Shown: positions 28,458 to 36,874 of the stretch, piece after piece
Numbering within the stretch: the stretch's first letter is position 1
Layout: every line of letters starts with the position of its first letter
Assembly (NCBI GenBank): GCA_041743505.1
Contig: JBGTMQ010000021.1
Coordinates: 64,521-128,520, forward strand
DNA: 64,000 nt
DNA from: Candidatus Saccharimonadia bacterium
Lineage (GTDB): Bacteria > Patescibacteriota > Saccharimonadia > UBA4664
Direction: 5' to 3'
Made by a program: the position numbers and the translations under genes
Notes under the pieces: model-generated
The model's database searches: none
What the model was told of the DNA's origin: nothing
What the model saw: the letters and a program-made list of their open reading frames with translations, nothing else

Positions 28458-29039
28458 CTATTTAACTTGGACCCGCAGGTACTGAAACGTGCGCTGGCGT
28501 CCATGCCCCAGACGCTTGGCCCAACTAGTGGGATAGTGCTTGAGGTCATGGCCGGAGATTGGTTTTTGCTCGACTAAGTTGAAGCCTATTTTACTTAATT
28601 TGGGGGCAAGCTGCTGATAAAGGTAGGCGTCGTCGAGTTTGGGAAGGTTTCGGTGCTGAATTTCGGCGCTTTCGTAGCTGTCTTGATAGCCAAATAGGAT
28701 ATCGACAAAGGCGCCGGGCTGGCAAATACGGTGAATATTGCTCCATACGACCGGATCAGCGGTGACAATTCCGGATAATAACCCGGCCCAGGGGAAATTG
28801 ATGAATACTTGATTGGCCTGGCCGTTAAGCTCCACGGGTAAATCTTCGATACTGGCCAGCGCAAACAGAACGTTCTCCAGGCCGCCTTTGGCCGACTTGG
28901 CTAGGGCTTTGGCGGACGGCTTAATCATGGCTTTATGGTTGGGATCAAGGCCAATAAAAAGCCGGTCCGGATGCTGTTTGGCCATTTGATACACAAAGTC
29001 ACCGTCTCCGGTGCCAATGTCGACGACTATTCCCGGCAC
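28458..29039 (-). CDS. Class I SAM-dependent methyltransferase, KamB/NpmA-like (candidate 16S rRNA m1A1408 MTase)
   Basis: Motif I VVDIGTGDG. Blocks KGGLENVLF, INFPWAGLL, YQDSYESAEI, SWAKRLGHGRQRTF match the conserved pattern I recall for aminoglycoside-resistance A1408 methyltransferases. Needs HMM confirmation. Confidence 0.45.
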   Translation of the reverse strand: MPGIVVDIGTGDGDFVYQMAKQHPDRLFIGLDPNHKAMIKPSAKALAKSAKGGLENVLFALASIEDLPVELNGQANQVFINFPWAGLLSGIVTADPVVWSNIHRICQPGAFVDILFGYQDSYESAEIQHRNLPKLDDAYLYQQLAPKLSKIGFNLVEQKPISGHDLKHYPTSWAKRLGHGRQRTFQYLRVQVK

Positions 29040-29319
29040 TACGTTTGCCTACCCTTCTTTTGGCCCTTTTTAGCTAGGCTAACTAGGGGGCTTAACGGCA
29101 TATAGTTCTCTTGACCAGTTCGATAGCGTCAGATGACTTAATGGTCTGAGCGGTGATATTTAACTAATATTTTGCCGCGTACTACTTTCATAATGCCATT
29201 ATTTTACTATAAAACTTATGGTTTGGCAATAAACTTTTTACTACTTTCGGCACGCGTCCTACAAACGTGAGACAATGCTGGCAACTAGAAACATGATGGT
29301 ATTTTGCCTGCGTTATGGA

Positions 29320-29361
29320 GATTGGGTGCTGCGGCTTGGGAGCAACTGCCAGCACCCAATC
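29320..29361. repeat. Perfect 12-bp inverted repeat GATTGGGTGCTG ... CAGCACCCAATC (18-nt loop)
   Basis: Lies in the AT-rich intergenic region between the divergent MTase gene and the AT-rich ORF. Confidence 0.5.
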
Positions 29362-29416
29362 CTTATTCCAGAGTATTAACGCTCTAGCTAAGATAACCCT
29401 TGGCTAAGAAGGTAGG

Positions 29417-29767
29417 ATGAATGATAAATCCCCTCGGGAAGCTTTAAAGGTGGCTATGGAAAAGCGGATTCTCAATGAATTCGGTTCTAAAATCCTTAAC
29501 GAAGAACGACTGGATAAGGTAGTTCAGTCAAGAAATAGTAAGCGCTTAGGTAGCTACGCCGACATGGCTTTTCATTGCGAATGTGACGATAAAGAGTGCA
29601 ATGAGACGATTTCGATGTCAACGGAAGAATACCAAAGGATGCACAATAAAACCAAGTATTTCATTGTGGTTCCTAGTCATGTTCGTCATGATATCGAGGA
29701 GATTATTAATTCCTTTGGTAACTATGCCTTGGTGGCTAAATATTTTCCGCACCCGAATACGCATTAA
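29417..29767 (+). CDS. AT-rich small protein (116 aa) with H-C-x-C-x4-C cluster, probably horizontally acquired
   Basis: Codon usage and GC differ sharply from the flanks. AAGGTAGG RBS. Confidence 0.4.
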   Translation: MNDKSPREALKVAMEKRILNEFGSKILNEERLDKVVQSRNSKRLGSYADMAFHCECDDKECNETISMSTEEYQRMHNKTKYFIVVPSHVRHDIEEIINSFGNYALVAKYFPHPNTH

Positions 29768-30236
29768 CAATATAATCCAGCACTTCCGGGAATTCCTGGC
29801 GCTCGATAAAATGTTTGGCGCCAGGGATTTTGTGGACTTCGGGTTGTAGGTGTCCGGAAACATACTCGAAATCGGCTTGCGGGATGTACGGGTCGTCGTC
29901 GCCATAGAACAAGCCGCTTTGTTTTTCGAGTTCGTCACCGAGTTCGGTGTGGTAGGGCGAGATGAGGACCGAGCCCTTGATGTGGTGGGTTTCGGCATAA
30001 CACATAGCGGCTATAGCGCCTGATGACCAGCCGACAATGACGTCGTTCTGGCCGATCTTAAAGAAGTCTTGCATGAAGGGTAGCCAATATTCGGCCCGGG
30101 CAATGATGGAATCGGGCATAGTTTCGAAGACGGTTTCAAAGCCGTATTGGTCTAGTTCGTGCTTGAGCCAAGGCGTCCAGGCAAAGCGCCAGTTGGTGGC
30201 TTGGTTGCCATGGATAAAAATGATGCGTGGCTTCAT
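29736..30236 (-). CDS. YdeN/RBBP9-like serine hydrolase (alpha/beta fold, 166 aa)
   Basis: GWSSGA nucleophile elbow. Short alpha/beta hydrolase typical of the DUF1234/YdeN family. Confidence 0.55.
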   Translation of the reverse strand: MKPRIIFIHGNQATNWRFAWTPWLKHELDQYGFETVFETMPDSIIARAEYWLPFMQDFFKIGQNDVIVGWSSGAIAAMCYAETHHIKGSVLISPYHTELGDELEKQSGLFYGDDDPYIPQADFEYVSGHLQPEVHKIPGAKHFIERQEFPEVLDYIVNAYSGAENI

Positions 30237-30313
30237 AGGTGTAGTGTATCAAATGCCCGGCAATAAGAGCCCCTTACCGCAAGGTCATTTGTGCACGCGG
30301 TAAGGGGTGGTTG

Positions 30314-30946
30314 TTATAGCTGGCGGGCCATGATGACGCGGCCGCCGGCATCATGGTACTGGGCGATGGTTTTATAGCCGGCTTGGCCGAACCAGTGGTA
30401 GGCCACGCTTGGTGGGCTCGACATAGTCCTGAGCATGACAACGCTGTAGCCGAGATGAGCATAGCCTTGCAGCCACGCATGGTAGAGCTGTTTGGCTATT
30501 CCAAGCCTTCGGAACCGCCGAATAACACCTATGTCGTCCAGATAGACTACGCTGGGCGTTTGCTTGGAGCTTTGGAGTGCTGCGCTGATGCCACCCAGAC
30601 CAAGGTGGGTGTCGGCTTGGCCGGGTTCTAGCGGGTAGCCCCAGCAAAAGCCGACGACTTCCCCGCTTTCGAGGGCTAGTTGGCATGACGCTCCGGGCAT
30701 GGCCAGCTCGCGGACCAGATCGTTTTTGACTTGTTCGGCAGGCCAAAACTCTTCAACTGGGCGGTTGCAATGCGTGAAGTTGAGGCTTTTAAGCTGATAC
30801 CCCTGGTGCTTCCCCCACTGCTCGCCGCAGACAACGCAACGGCGCCACTCATTCCATGGCTTATCCGCAAATACCTCCTGGTAACACGCGATTAGGCCGG
30901 GTAGCGTATTCGAATCAGCTTCCGGGTTGAAGCTTTGATATCTCAT
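30314..30946 (-). CDS. GNAT-family acetyltransferase with N-terminal Cys/His cluster
   Basis: IRRFRRLGIAKQL acetyl-CoA motif. Confidence 0.6.
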   Translation of the reverse strand: MRYQSFNPEADSNTLPGLIACYQEVFADKPWNEWRRCVVCGEQWGKHQGYQLKSLNFTHCNRPVEEFWPAEQVKNDLVRELAMPGASCQLALESGEVVGFCWGYPLEPGQADTHLGLGGISAALQSSKQTPSVVYLDDIGVIRRFRRLGIAKQLYHAWLQGYAHLGYSVVMLRTMSSPPSVAYHWFGQAGYKTIAQYHDAGGRVIMARQL

Positions 30947-31018
30947 GGTACCGCTCCGATCTGCCTAGACGGTAGGACTGCTACTGGCAACCGGTTTGAG
31001 CCAGTAGCACGCTACCGT

Positions 31019-32155
31019 CTAGGCCTGGCAGTAGTGTTGGATGATGCGGGTGTACATATCCATGAGCGTTTTGAGAGAGGCGATGTCCACCCATTCATCG
31101 ACGGCGTGCGGGTTCGCGCCTTTGGGGCCAAGATTGGCTACGGGAACTCCCCAGGCCTCCTGAATTAACTGGCCGTCGCCGTAGCCTTTGGTGGCAGCAT
31201 TGAGGTAAGTGGCGCCCGTTATGGCTTCGATTGCTGTTAGCTCTTGAGGGTCGGTATAGAGTGCCCCTAAATCGTGACGCACCTCCACTTTGAGCAGCTC
31301 TAGCCCGGCAGCTGCTATGAGTTTTTCGAGCCGGCTGACAACGGCGCCGGCCCGGAGCTCAGGCTTGGTTGGCCGGATGTCGAGGATGGCCTCGGCGTAG
31401 TCGGCTATGTTGTTGCCGTCTTTGCCAAGCACCACTTCGCCCTGGTCTTCGCCCCGCTTTAGCCCGCCGCGCAAGTAGGCCACATTGAGCGAAGAAGATC
31501 CAAGGCTGGGTGTGCGGGCCGCCTTCAGCCAATCATGTAATTGGGATAAAACTAGTTGCAGGCCGGTAATGGCGTTTACCCCGGCGGCAGGGTTGGCGGC
31601 ATGGCCGGTGATACCCTTGAGTGCCAGATGGAGCTCGATGAGGCCGCGGTGCGTATTCCATATTTGTAGGTTGCTTGGCTCGGCGGTGAGTACTAGCTTG
31701 GGGTATGGCGGCTTTTCCTGCTTGATAAACGTTTTCATACCACTAAATCCAAATTCTTCGTCGCAGTAGAACAGCAAGGTTAAGCCGGAAGGTTCGGGGA
31801 TTTGATTTAGGGCGCTCAGAACGGCGGCTATTCCGCCTTTCATGTCGTAGGTTCCGAGGCCATACAGCCGGGAACCTTCGATGGCGCCTTTGAACTGATC
31901 GTGGGTCCAGCCTTCCTTGGGGACGACAGTATCCATGTGACCGGCTAGCAATAACTTTGGCTCACCAGCGGTCCGGGCAATGACATTGAATCTGCCGGGG
32001 GCAATGACTTGTTTGGTAACCGTGAGATAGCTAAATTGCTGCAAATAGTTGAATATATACTCCCCCACCCCGGCCTCTTGCTCGTAACTAGGCAGTTTAA
32101 CCAGGTCACGAGTAATGGTGACGGGGTCTAGGCGTTTGGTGACATTTGTGGCCAT
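31019..32155 (-). CDS. M20-family metallopeptidase (ArgE/DapE-like deacylase)
   Basis: LLAGHMDTVVP metal-binding motif and dimerisation-domain pattern. Start at MATNVTKR inside ORF 31019..32272. Confidence 0.7.
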   Translation of the reverse strand: MATNVTKRLDPVTITRDLVKLPSYEQEAGVGEYIFNYLQQFSYLTVTKQVIAPGRFNVIARTAGEPKLLLAGHMDTVVPKEGWTHDQFKGAIEGSRLYGLGTYDMKGGIAAVLSALNQIPEPSGLTLLFYCDEEFGFSGMKTFIKQEKPPYPKLVLTAEPSNLQIWNTHRGLIELHLALKGITGHAANPAAGVNAITGLQLVLSQLHDWLKAARTPSLGSSSLNVAYLRGGLKRGEDQGEVVLGKDGNNIADYAEAILDIRPTKPELRAGAVVSRLEKLIAAAGLELLKVEVRHDLGALYTDPQELTAIEAITGATYLNAATKGYGDGQLIQEAWGVPVANLGPKGANPHAVDEWVDIASLKTLMDMYTRIIQHYCQA

Positions 32156-32542
32156 GGTATTTCTCCAATTAAAAAACTCGTTCCTCGAACGCATGATCGT
32201 GAAATCATGTATCCAAGGAACGAGAGGCATATAAAAAGGACCTCCCGCGGTCCCATCCTTGTTCCCAATCAATCTCTTGACTGGGCTCTCAGGCCGGCTC
32301 CGCTACTGCGACATCGGCTGCTAGATTTTACGGTTTAGCTTCCGTAGTGCATTTTGGCACTCAGCTCGCGGATCGTGACTCCGCTATAGCGCTTTATAGA
32401 TATTTAGTTGTATTGAGTAACATAACAGGTATTGAAATATTTGTCAATGGCGTAATCAGTTTTACTTCCCTTTCCGGCTATCTTACGGTTAACTTGTTAT
32501 CCTTGAGAAATGATCATAAGATTTAGCGATACATGATCCGGA

Positions 32543-32576
32543 GCTGAAAAACCCGTCAACCACGTGGCTGACGGGC
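32543..32576 (-). terminator. Rho-independent terminator CCCGTCA-gccacgtggt-TGACGGG + TTTTTCAG
   Basis: Immediately 3' of gene 32601..32993 on the minus strand. Confidence 0.55.
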
Positions 32577-32600
32577 TGTTTTGATGCGATGTGTCCGGCA

Positions 32601-32993
32601 CTAAGATGTGGCCAAGCTGCCATCGTATAAGAAGCTGCCGAACTTAACCCCGGCTTTCTCGCAGGCCAGCTGTAGTCGCGGTAGGGCGTCCTGAGTGGTT
32701 AGCACGACCGCGTCCGGCACGTCATGGCGGAGCATTAGGGCGAGTCCTTCTTCATCATCGCTCTGATCGACACCGCTATCAAGTAGGCGCTGCGAACCGT
32801 TTCGGACACTGATATACCAGCGGGGTGTGTCGTCGTCTCCGACCGCCCGGGGTTGCCCTTTGAGAAGTAAGGTACCCACGTTGTTGGTGAACCTGGCCTC
32901 ATCTGGAGCTTCGGACTTGATGATGAACCACCAGGTCGTGGCTGGGCGTTCCTCGACCTCGGTAGCTGCGACAGCAAATACCTGGGTAGCCAT
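32601..32993 (-). CDS. Hypothetical protein (130 aa), translationally coupled to the upstream Myb-like gene
   Basis: Its start ATG shares nucleotides with the upstream gene's stop. Confidence 0.45.
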   Translation of the reverse strand: MATQVFAVAATEVEERPATTWWFIIKSEAPDEARFTNNVGTLLLKGQPRAVGDDDTPRWYISVRNGSQRLLDSGVDQSDDEEGLALMLRHDVPDAVVLTTQDALPRLQLACEKAGVKFGSFLYDGSLATS

Positions 32994-33418
32994 TACTTGC
33001 CTTTCGTCTGTTGTCCTGCGGCAGGAGGCTGGATGGATAGGCTCTTTACTACATTGCGCCGGTTTTGGATGGCGCGGACCGTCCGGCCAAGTTGTACGGC
33101 TAGAACCCGGTCGGTTGGCCGGTTTGAAGCCGTAATGGCACGGTCTTCAGCCTGGCCCCACGACTGGTACTCGTTGTGCTTGGGTCCTTCGCCGGTGTCA
33201 TAGTGACGGTTCTTGTCCCGGCGTCTTCTGTCGGGATGGTTTTTTCGCCACCGTTTGTTGACCTGGTAGGCGGTACCCGGGTTTCGCAACCGGTATCTGC
33301 GACCGGTTATCGCTTGTGGGGATCTTTGAAGTTCCCGGCTCAGTTCTTGGGCGGACTTCGTGGATGATAAGACGAGCTGGTCTTCTTCGGGTGTCCAGGC
33401 CGTTCCCGGCTTCCCCAT
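32993..33418 (-). CDS. Tandem SANT/Myb-like (RsfA-like) DNA-binding domain protein
   Basis: Two W-x2-EED-x-L... repeats (WTPEEDQLVL..., WGQAEDRAIT...). AGGTG RBS before ATG (MGKPGTAW...). Confidence 0.5.
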   Translation of the reverse strand: MGKPGTAWTPEEDQLVLSSTKSAQELSRELQRSPQAITGRRYRLRNPGTAYQVNKRWRKNHPDRRRRDKNRHYDTGEGPKHNEYQSWGQAEDRAITASNRPTDRVLAVQLGRTVRAIQNRRNVVKSLSIQPPAAGQQTKGK

Positions 33419-33515
33419 CACACCTCCCAGGGCAAAGGAATGAAAGAACGCTTTCAAAGAGCAGTCATAGTGTGCCATAACATGGGGTATATGTAAATAA
33501 GCAATAGGGCTTCAC

Positions 33516-33550
33516 AAGCAAAGCGCCCGCCGACCGCAAAGGCCGGGGGC
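33516..33550 (-). terminator. Hairpin GCGCCCCCGG-cctttgcggt-CGGCGGGCGC + TTTGCTTG
   Basis: 3' of the HNH-like gene. Confidence 0.45.
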
Positions 33551-33577
33551 GCTCTGGGTCAGCGGGCGGTCCCCGGA

Positions 33578-34186
33578 TTAGATTCCGAGGATGTCTGAAA
33601 TTTCTTCTACGAGGCCAGAGCTTGCTCCTCCGGTGTAGCGGTCATTAAAGAGCTGCTCCAGGCGATACTTCCGATCAGCCACTGGCCCTTCGATTGGGTG
33701 GGGTTTGGTAATGCCGGGGATGGCCCGAACGAGGCGGCACTGGATCAGGCTGAGCGAAGTACTATCGCCGGGCATCTCACAGGCCTGAGTCAACAGCTCG
33801 ATGAGCTGGAGGCGGGTCAGAGGCATGTACTCTGGTCTTTCTGATGCTCGTAAGGCCAGATGCGTGAAGTAGGATTGGGCCCACTTCTCAGCCCGGTGGA
33901 GTATGGCCCGTAGCGTGGCGCCTGTGGGGCGGACAACGATACCGCAGCATTCGCAGACTCCGTCTACCTGGCGGCCGCCGTTGCGGCTGTGCTGGAGCGT
34001 ATCCTGCAGGATACGCAAATCGGTTATCCCGAGATCGCCAACGACGAACTCACTGAGCGTAACGATATTGCTGCATCCTGTGGGGCAGTTAACCTTGCCC
34101 TTAGCATGAATCTCCTCGCCGTGGAACACACCGAGGGAACATTTGCGCTCGAAATGAACGCGCATAAGCCTCTGTCGAGAACTCAT
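33578..34186 (-). CDS. HNH (His-Me finger) nuclease-like protein with unknown C-terminal domain
   Basis: CPTGC ... LQHSRNGG ... CECCG matches the C-x2-C / H-x-x-RGG / C-x-x-C HNH pattern. AAGGTGG RBS before MSSRQR. Confidence 0.4.
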   Translation of the reverse strand: MSSRQRLMRVHFERKCSLGVFHGEEIHAKGKVNCPTGCSNIVTLSEFVVGDLGITDLRILQDTLQHSRNGGRQVDGVCECCGIVVRPTGATLRAILHRAEKWAQSYFTHLALRASERPEYMPLTRLQLIELLTQACEMPGDSTSLSLIQCRLVRAIPGITKPHPIEGPVADRKYRLEQLFNDRYTGGASSGLVEEISDILGI

Positions 34187-34329
34187 AATGGTTACCACCT
34201 TTCCAGATGGTAGAGGGTACACCTCAAGTATCCAGGAGGATTATTTAATTATAACATTTTTGTGTTTTATAGTCAAATGTTTCGCTGGCTTTTGTGTGAG
34301 GAGCGACAGGGCCGGGATAATCTATTACC

Positions 34330-34869
34330 ATGAGTGGTATGAAGAAAATTGTTGTAGCATCGAAGAATCCCGCGAAACTACAGGCAGCTATGGTTGGCTT
34401 TGAGCGGATGTTTCCGGATGAAGAGTTCGTGGTTGAAGGTGCTGCGGGTGACTCTGGCGTGAGTGACCAGCCTGTTAGTGACGCCGAGACCTGTCAAGGT
34501 GCTTATAACCGGGTGGTTAACGCCAGGAAAGCAGTGCCCGAGGCGGATTATTGGGTAGGTTTAGAAGGCGGGATTGAGGCGCAAGAAGCCGAGATGAAGG
34601 CGTATGCCTGGGTGGTAGTGCAATCGAGGAGTGGCCAGACAGGCAAAGGGAAGACCGGCGTTTATTTTTTACCGTCCAAAGTTGCCAAGCTTGTGCGAGA
34701 CGGCGAAGAGCTTGGCACAGCCAATGATATGGTGTTTGGTACGAGTAATTCGAAACATACGAGCGGGGCGGTCGGTTTATTGACTCATGAGCTTATTGAT
34801 AGGGCGGGATATTATGCCGAGGCCGTAATATTTGCTTTGATACCTTTTAAAAACCCAACGCTGTACTAG
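34330..34869 (+). CDS. yjjX: Non-canonical purine NTP phosphatase (inosine/xanthosine triphosphatase, YjjX family)
   Basis: KNPAKLQA, SGVSDQP, NRVVNARK, PEADYWVGLEGGI, AVIFALIPFKN blocks are collinear with E. coli YjjX as I recall it. Confidence 0.7.
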   Translation: MSGMKKIVVASKNPAKLQAAMVGFERMFPDEEFVVEGAAGDSGVSDQPVSDAETCQGAYNRVVNARKAVPEADYWVGLEGGIEAQEAEMKAYAWVVVQSRSGQTGKGKTGVYFLPSKVAKLVRDGEELGTANDMVFGTSNSKHTSGAVGLLTHELIDRAGYYAEAVIFALIPFKNPTLY

Positions 34870-34890
34870 AAGCATGAAAAAATGATCCTC

Positions 34891-34922
34891 AGCTCCGGGG
34901 TGGGTTCCGGGGCTGAGGAGTG
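34891..34922. terminator. Bidirectional hairpin CCTCAGCTCCGGGG-tgggtt-CCGGGGCTGAGG
   Basis: Between the convergent yjjX (+) and the OMP-decarboxylase-family gene (-). Confidence 0.5.
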
Positions 34923-34940
34923 TGCCGGCCGACTGGACAC

Positions 34941-35690
34941 TTAGGGCATGGCAGCAATGCTAGCAACGATCCTATCGAGGTTCTGGCTGGGATTGCCGAG
35001 CGTGATGGGCCGGCCAATCACCAGCCGCGTGGCTCCGGCTGCCAAGGTGGCTTCAGGAGTGTCTGTCCTGGCCTGGTCATCAGGGCGGAAACCAATCGGG
35101 CGGATACCTGGCGTGATGAGGTCAAGCGTGTCGAAACGCCTGTCTGACCGGATTGCGTCAACTTCGGCCGGCGAGCAAATCAAATCCGTGAAGCCGAATT
35201 TGAGCAGCATTTCGGCATAGTAGAGCGTCTGCTTGGCGGTGTTGCGGTCGTTGAACTCGTCGCGGACAATGCGCGCCGCCTTGCTGGTCAATACGGTGAC
35301 GCCACAGGGCTTTGTACCGGCTTCATGGCAAGCATCAGCGAACCGCTTGAGGCAGTCGATCTTGACGGGGTCATCATTGGTCACAAAACCGGTGGACAGT
35401 GCTCCGGCCATGCAGCTGAGCATAAACGGCCGGTGTGCCAGGTGCCTTTGGGTAATTTCGGCGACCTTGGATGGAACTTCGATGATTTTCGCGTCGTCGA
35501 ATACCAGCAGCCCGCGTTCGTTCAGCCGGTCGACGATGCCCAGGCCGGTCTCGGTGACGAATAGGCTGTCGATCTTGACTATGCGCAGGTCAGGCATGCT
35601 GTCGAGGTGGTCCATCAGCGCCGCTTCGTCTGTAACATCGGCGCTCCAAATAACGCGCTCGATGGGTTGGATGGATTGGATGGTAGTCAT
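34941..35690 (-). CDS. Orotidine-5'-phosphate decarboxylase family protein (PyrF-like)
   Basis: GVTVLTS, LITPGIRP, LVIGRPIT blocks and the DxK motif (DDAKIIE). AGGAGG RBS before MTTIQS. Confidence 0.6.
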   Translation of the reverse strand: MTTIQSIQPIERVIWSADVTDEAALMDHLDSMPDLRIVKIDSLFVTETGLGIVDRLNERGLLVFDDAKIIEVPSKVAEITQRHLAHRPFMLSCMAGALSTGFVTNDDPVKIDCLKRFADACHEAGTKPCGVTVLTSKAARIVRDEFNDRNTAKQTLYYAEMLLKFGFTDLICSPAEVDAIRSDRRFDTLDLITPGIRPIGFRPDDQARTDTPEATLAAGATRLVIGRPITLGNPSQNLDRIVASIAAMP

Positions 35691-35839
35691 GTCCGTTCCT
35701 CCTTGCAAACCAGATACGGTCATATTTTAAGGTCCGTTTATCTAGGATACTGATTGTTTTGATCCTCGGCAAACGACAAATGCGTTAAACAACCTAAAAT
35801 CTCGATCGGTTGATCCAGAACTTGGGTTGATGCCCGGCC

Positions 35840-35868
35840 CCCGTGAAGGGGCCGGGCGCTGCTTGAGC
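35840..35868 (-). terminator. Hairpin GCCCGGCCCC-ttcac-GGGGGCCGGGC 3' of the vWA gene
   Basis: 11-bp GC stem right after the vWA stop. No U-tract. Confidence 0.35.
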
Positions 35869-35891
35869 CTCGTGGTGAGGCGTTAGCAGAG

Positions 35892-36782
35892 TTAGACGAG
35901 CTCGTCGTCGTCGGTAACGGCGGCAGTCGTGACGACGGCCGAGACGTTACGAGCGGCACTGACGCGACTCATAACCGCCATGAGGCGGCGGAACCGGCTG
36001 GCCTGCTCCTTAGGCGTTTCGCCGGGCTTGCGAGCGAAGGCCTGGACCTGCTCGCCGTCGATGCCCAGACCGTTGATGGCGTACTTCTCCAGTTCGGAGA
36101 GTTCGTTCGGCCGGTGACGCTTGACCGACAGGCCCCACTCGGTCTCAAAGTAGAAGAACACGTAGCGTACGCGAGTCTTGTCGCGTCCGGTGATGATCTG
36201 CCTGACGCCACTTGGGTCGGTTGGAGCGCCATTGTTGGCACCATCCGATAGGATCACGATATCGACGTCAACGTCCATACCGATTTCTGCCTGGAGGTCA
36301 CCCGCATAGCGAAATGCCTGTGCGGAGCCCTCCGTGATGGCCCGGTGCAAATCGGTACCATTGCCCCAAGCCGGGTTGTAGTCTCCGGTAGTGATCTGGG
36401 GGAGCTGGTCGAACGGGTGGAAGTAAGACTCGTTGCCATCGGCATCGGTTCCCTTCCAGATTGGCACGGGTGAGCCGCTACTGAAGGCAACGCCACCAAC
36501 GCGCAAGGCGCTGATGTCGTCCTCGCGCGCTGCGGTGACGGCGGGCACGAAGTCCTCGTTAAACCCATTGCGCAATGCAGCGGCGACCGGGTCCATCGAC
36601 GGCGAAGCGTCGAGGATGAAGTACACGACACGCATGCCGCCGCCCGACATCATTTCGTCGGTGGTGAGGGCAGTGCCCTGGACAATCGGTGCTGCGATTT
36701 GAAATGCTGCGTGTACGACTGCATCTGAGGCATCGGGGTCCTGGAAAAACGAAGCAATCTCGGGGCTAACTGAACTGGCCAT
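35892..36782 (-). CDS. von Willebrand factor A domain protein (TerY-like)
   Basis: MIDAS DxSxS (VVYFILDASPSMD). Later T and D ligands (DIVILSDGANNG). AAGGGAG RBS before ATG (MASSVSP). Confidence 0.7.
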   Translation of the reverse strand: MASSVSPEIASFFQDPDASDAVVHAAFQIAAPIVQGTALTTDEMMSGGGMRVVYFILDASPSMDPVAAALRNGFNEDFVPAVTAAREDDISALRVGGVAFSSGSPVPIWKGTDADGNESYFHPFDQLPQITTGDYNPAWGNGTDLHRAITEGSAQAFRYAGDLQAEIGMDVDVDIVILSDGANNGAPTDPSGVRQIITGRDKTRVRYVFFYFETEWGLSVKRHRPNELSELEKYAINGLGIDGEQVQAFARKPGETPKEQASRFRRLMAVMSRVSAARNVSAVVTTAAVTDDDELV

Positions 36783-36874
36783 TTGAAGCACTCCCTTGCT
36801 TTTGGGGTGGGTTTTCGGGGGTAGGGAGCCTGCCTGCGGCCGGGCTGGCCGCAGGCAGGCTAGTCAACAACGAG

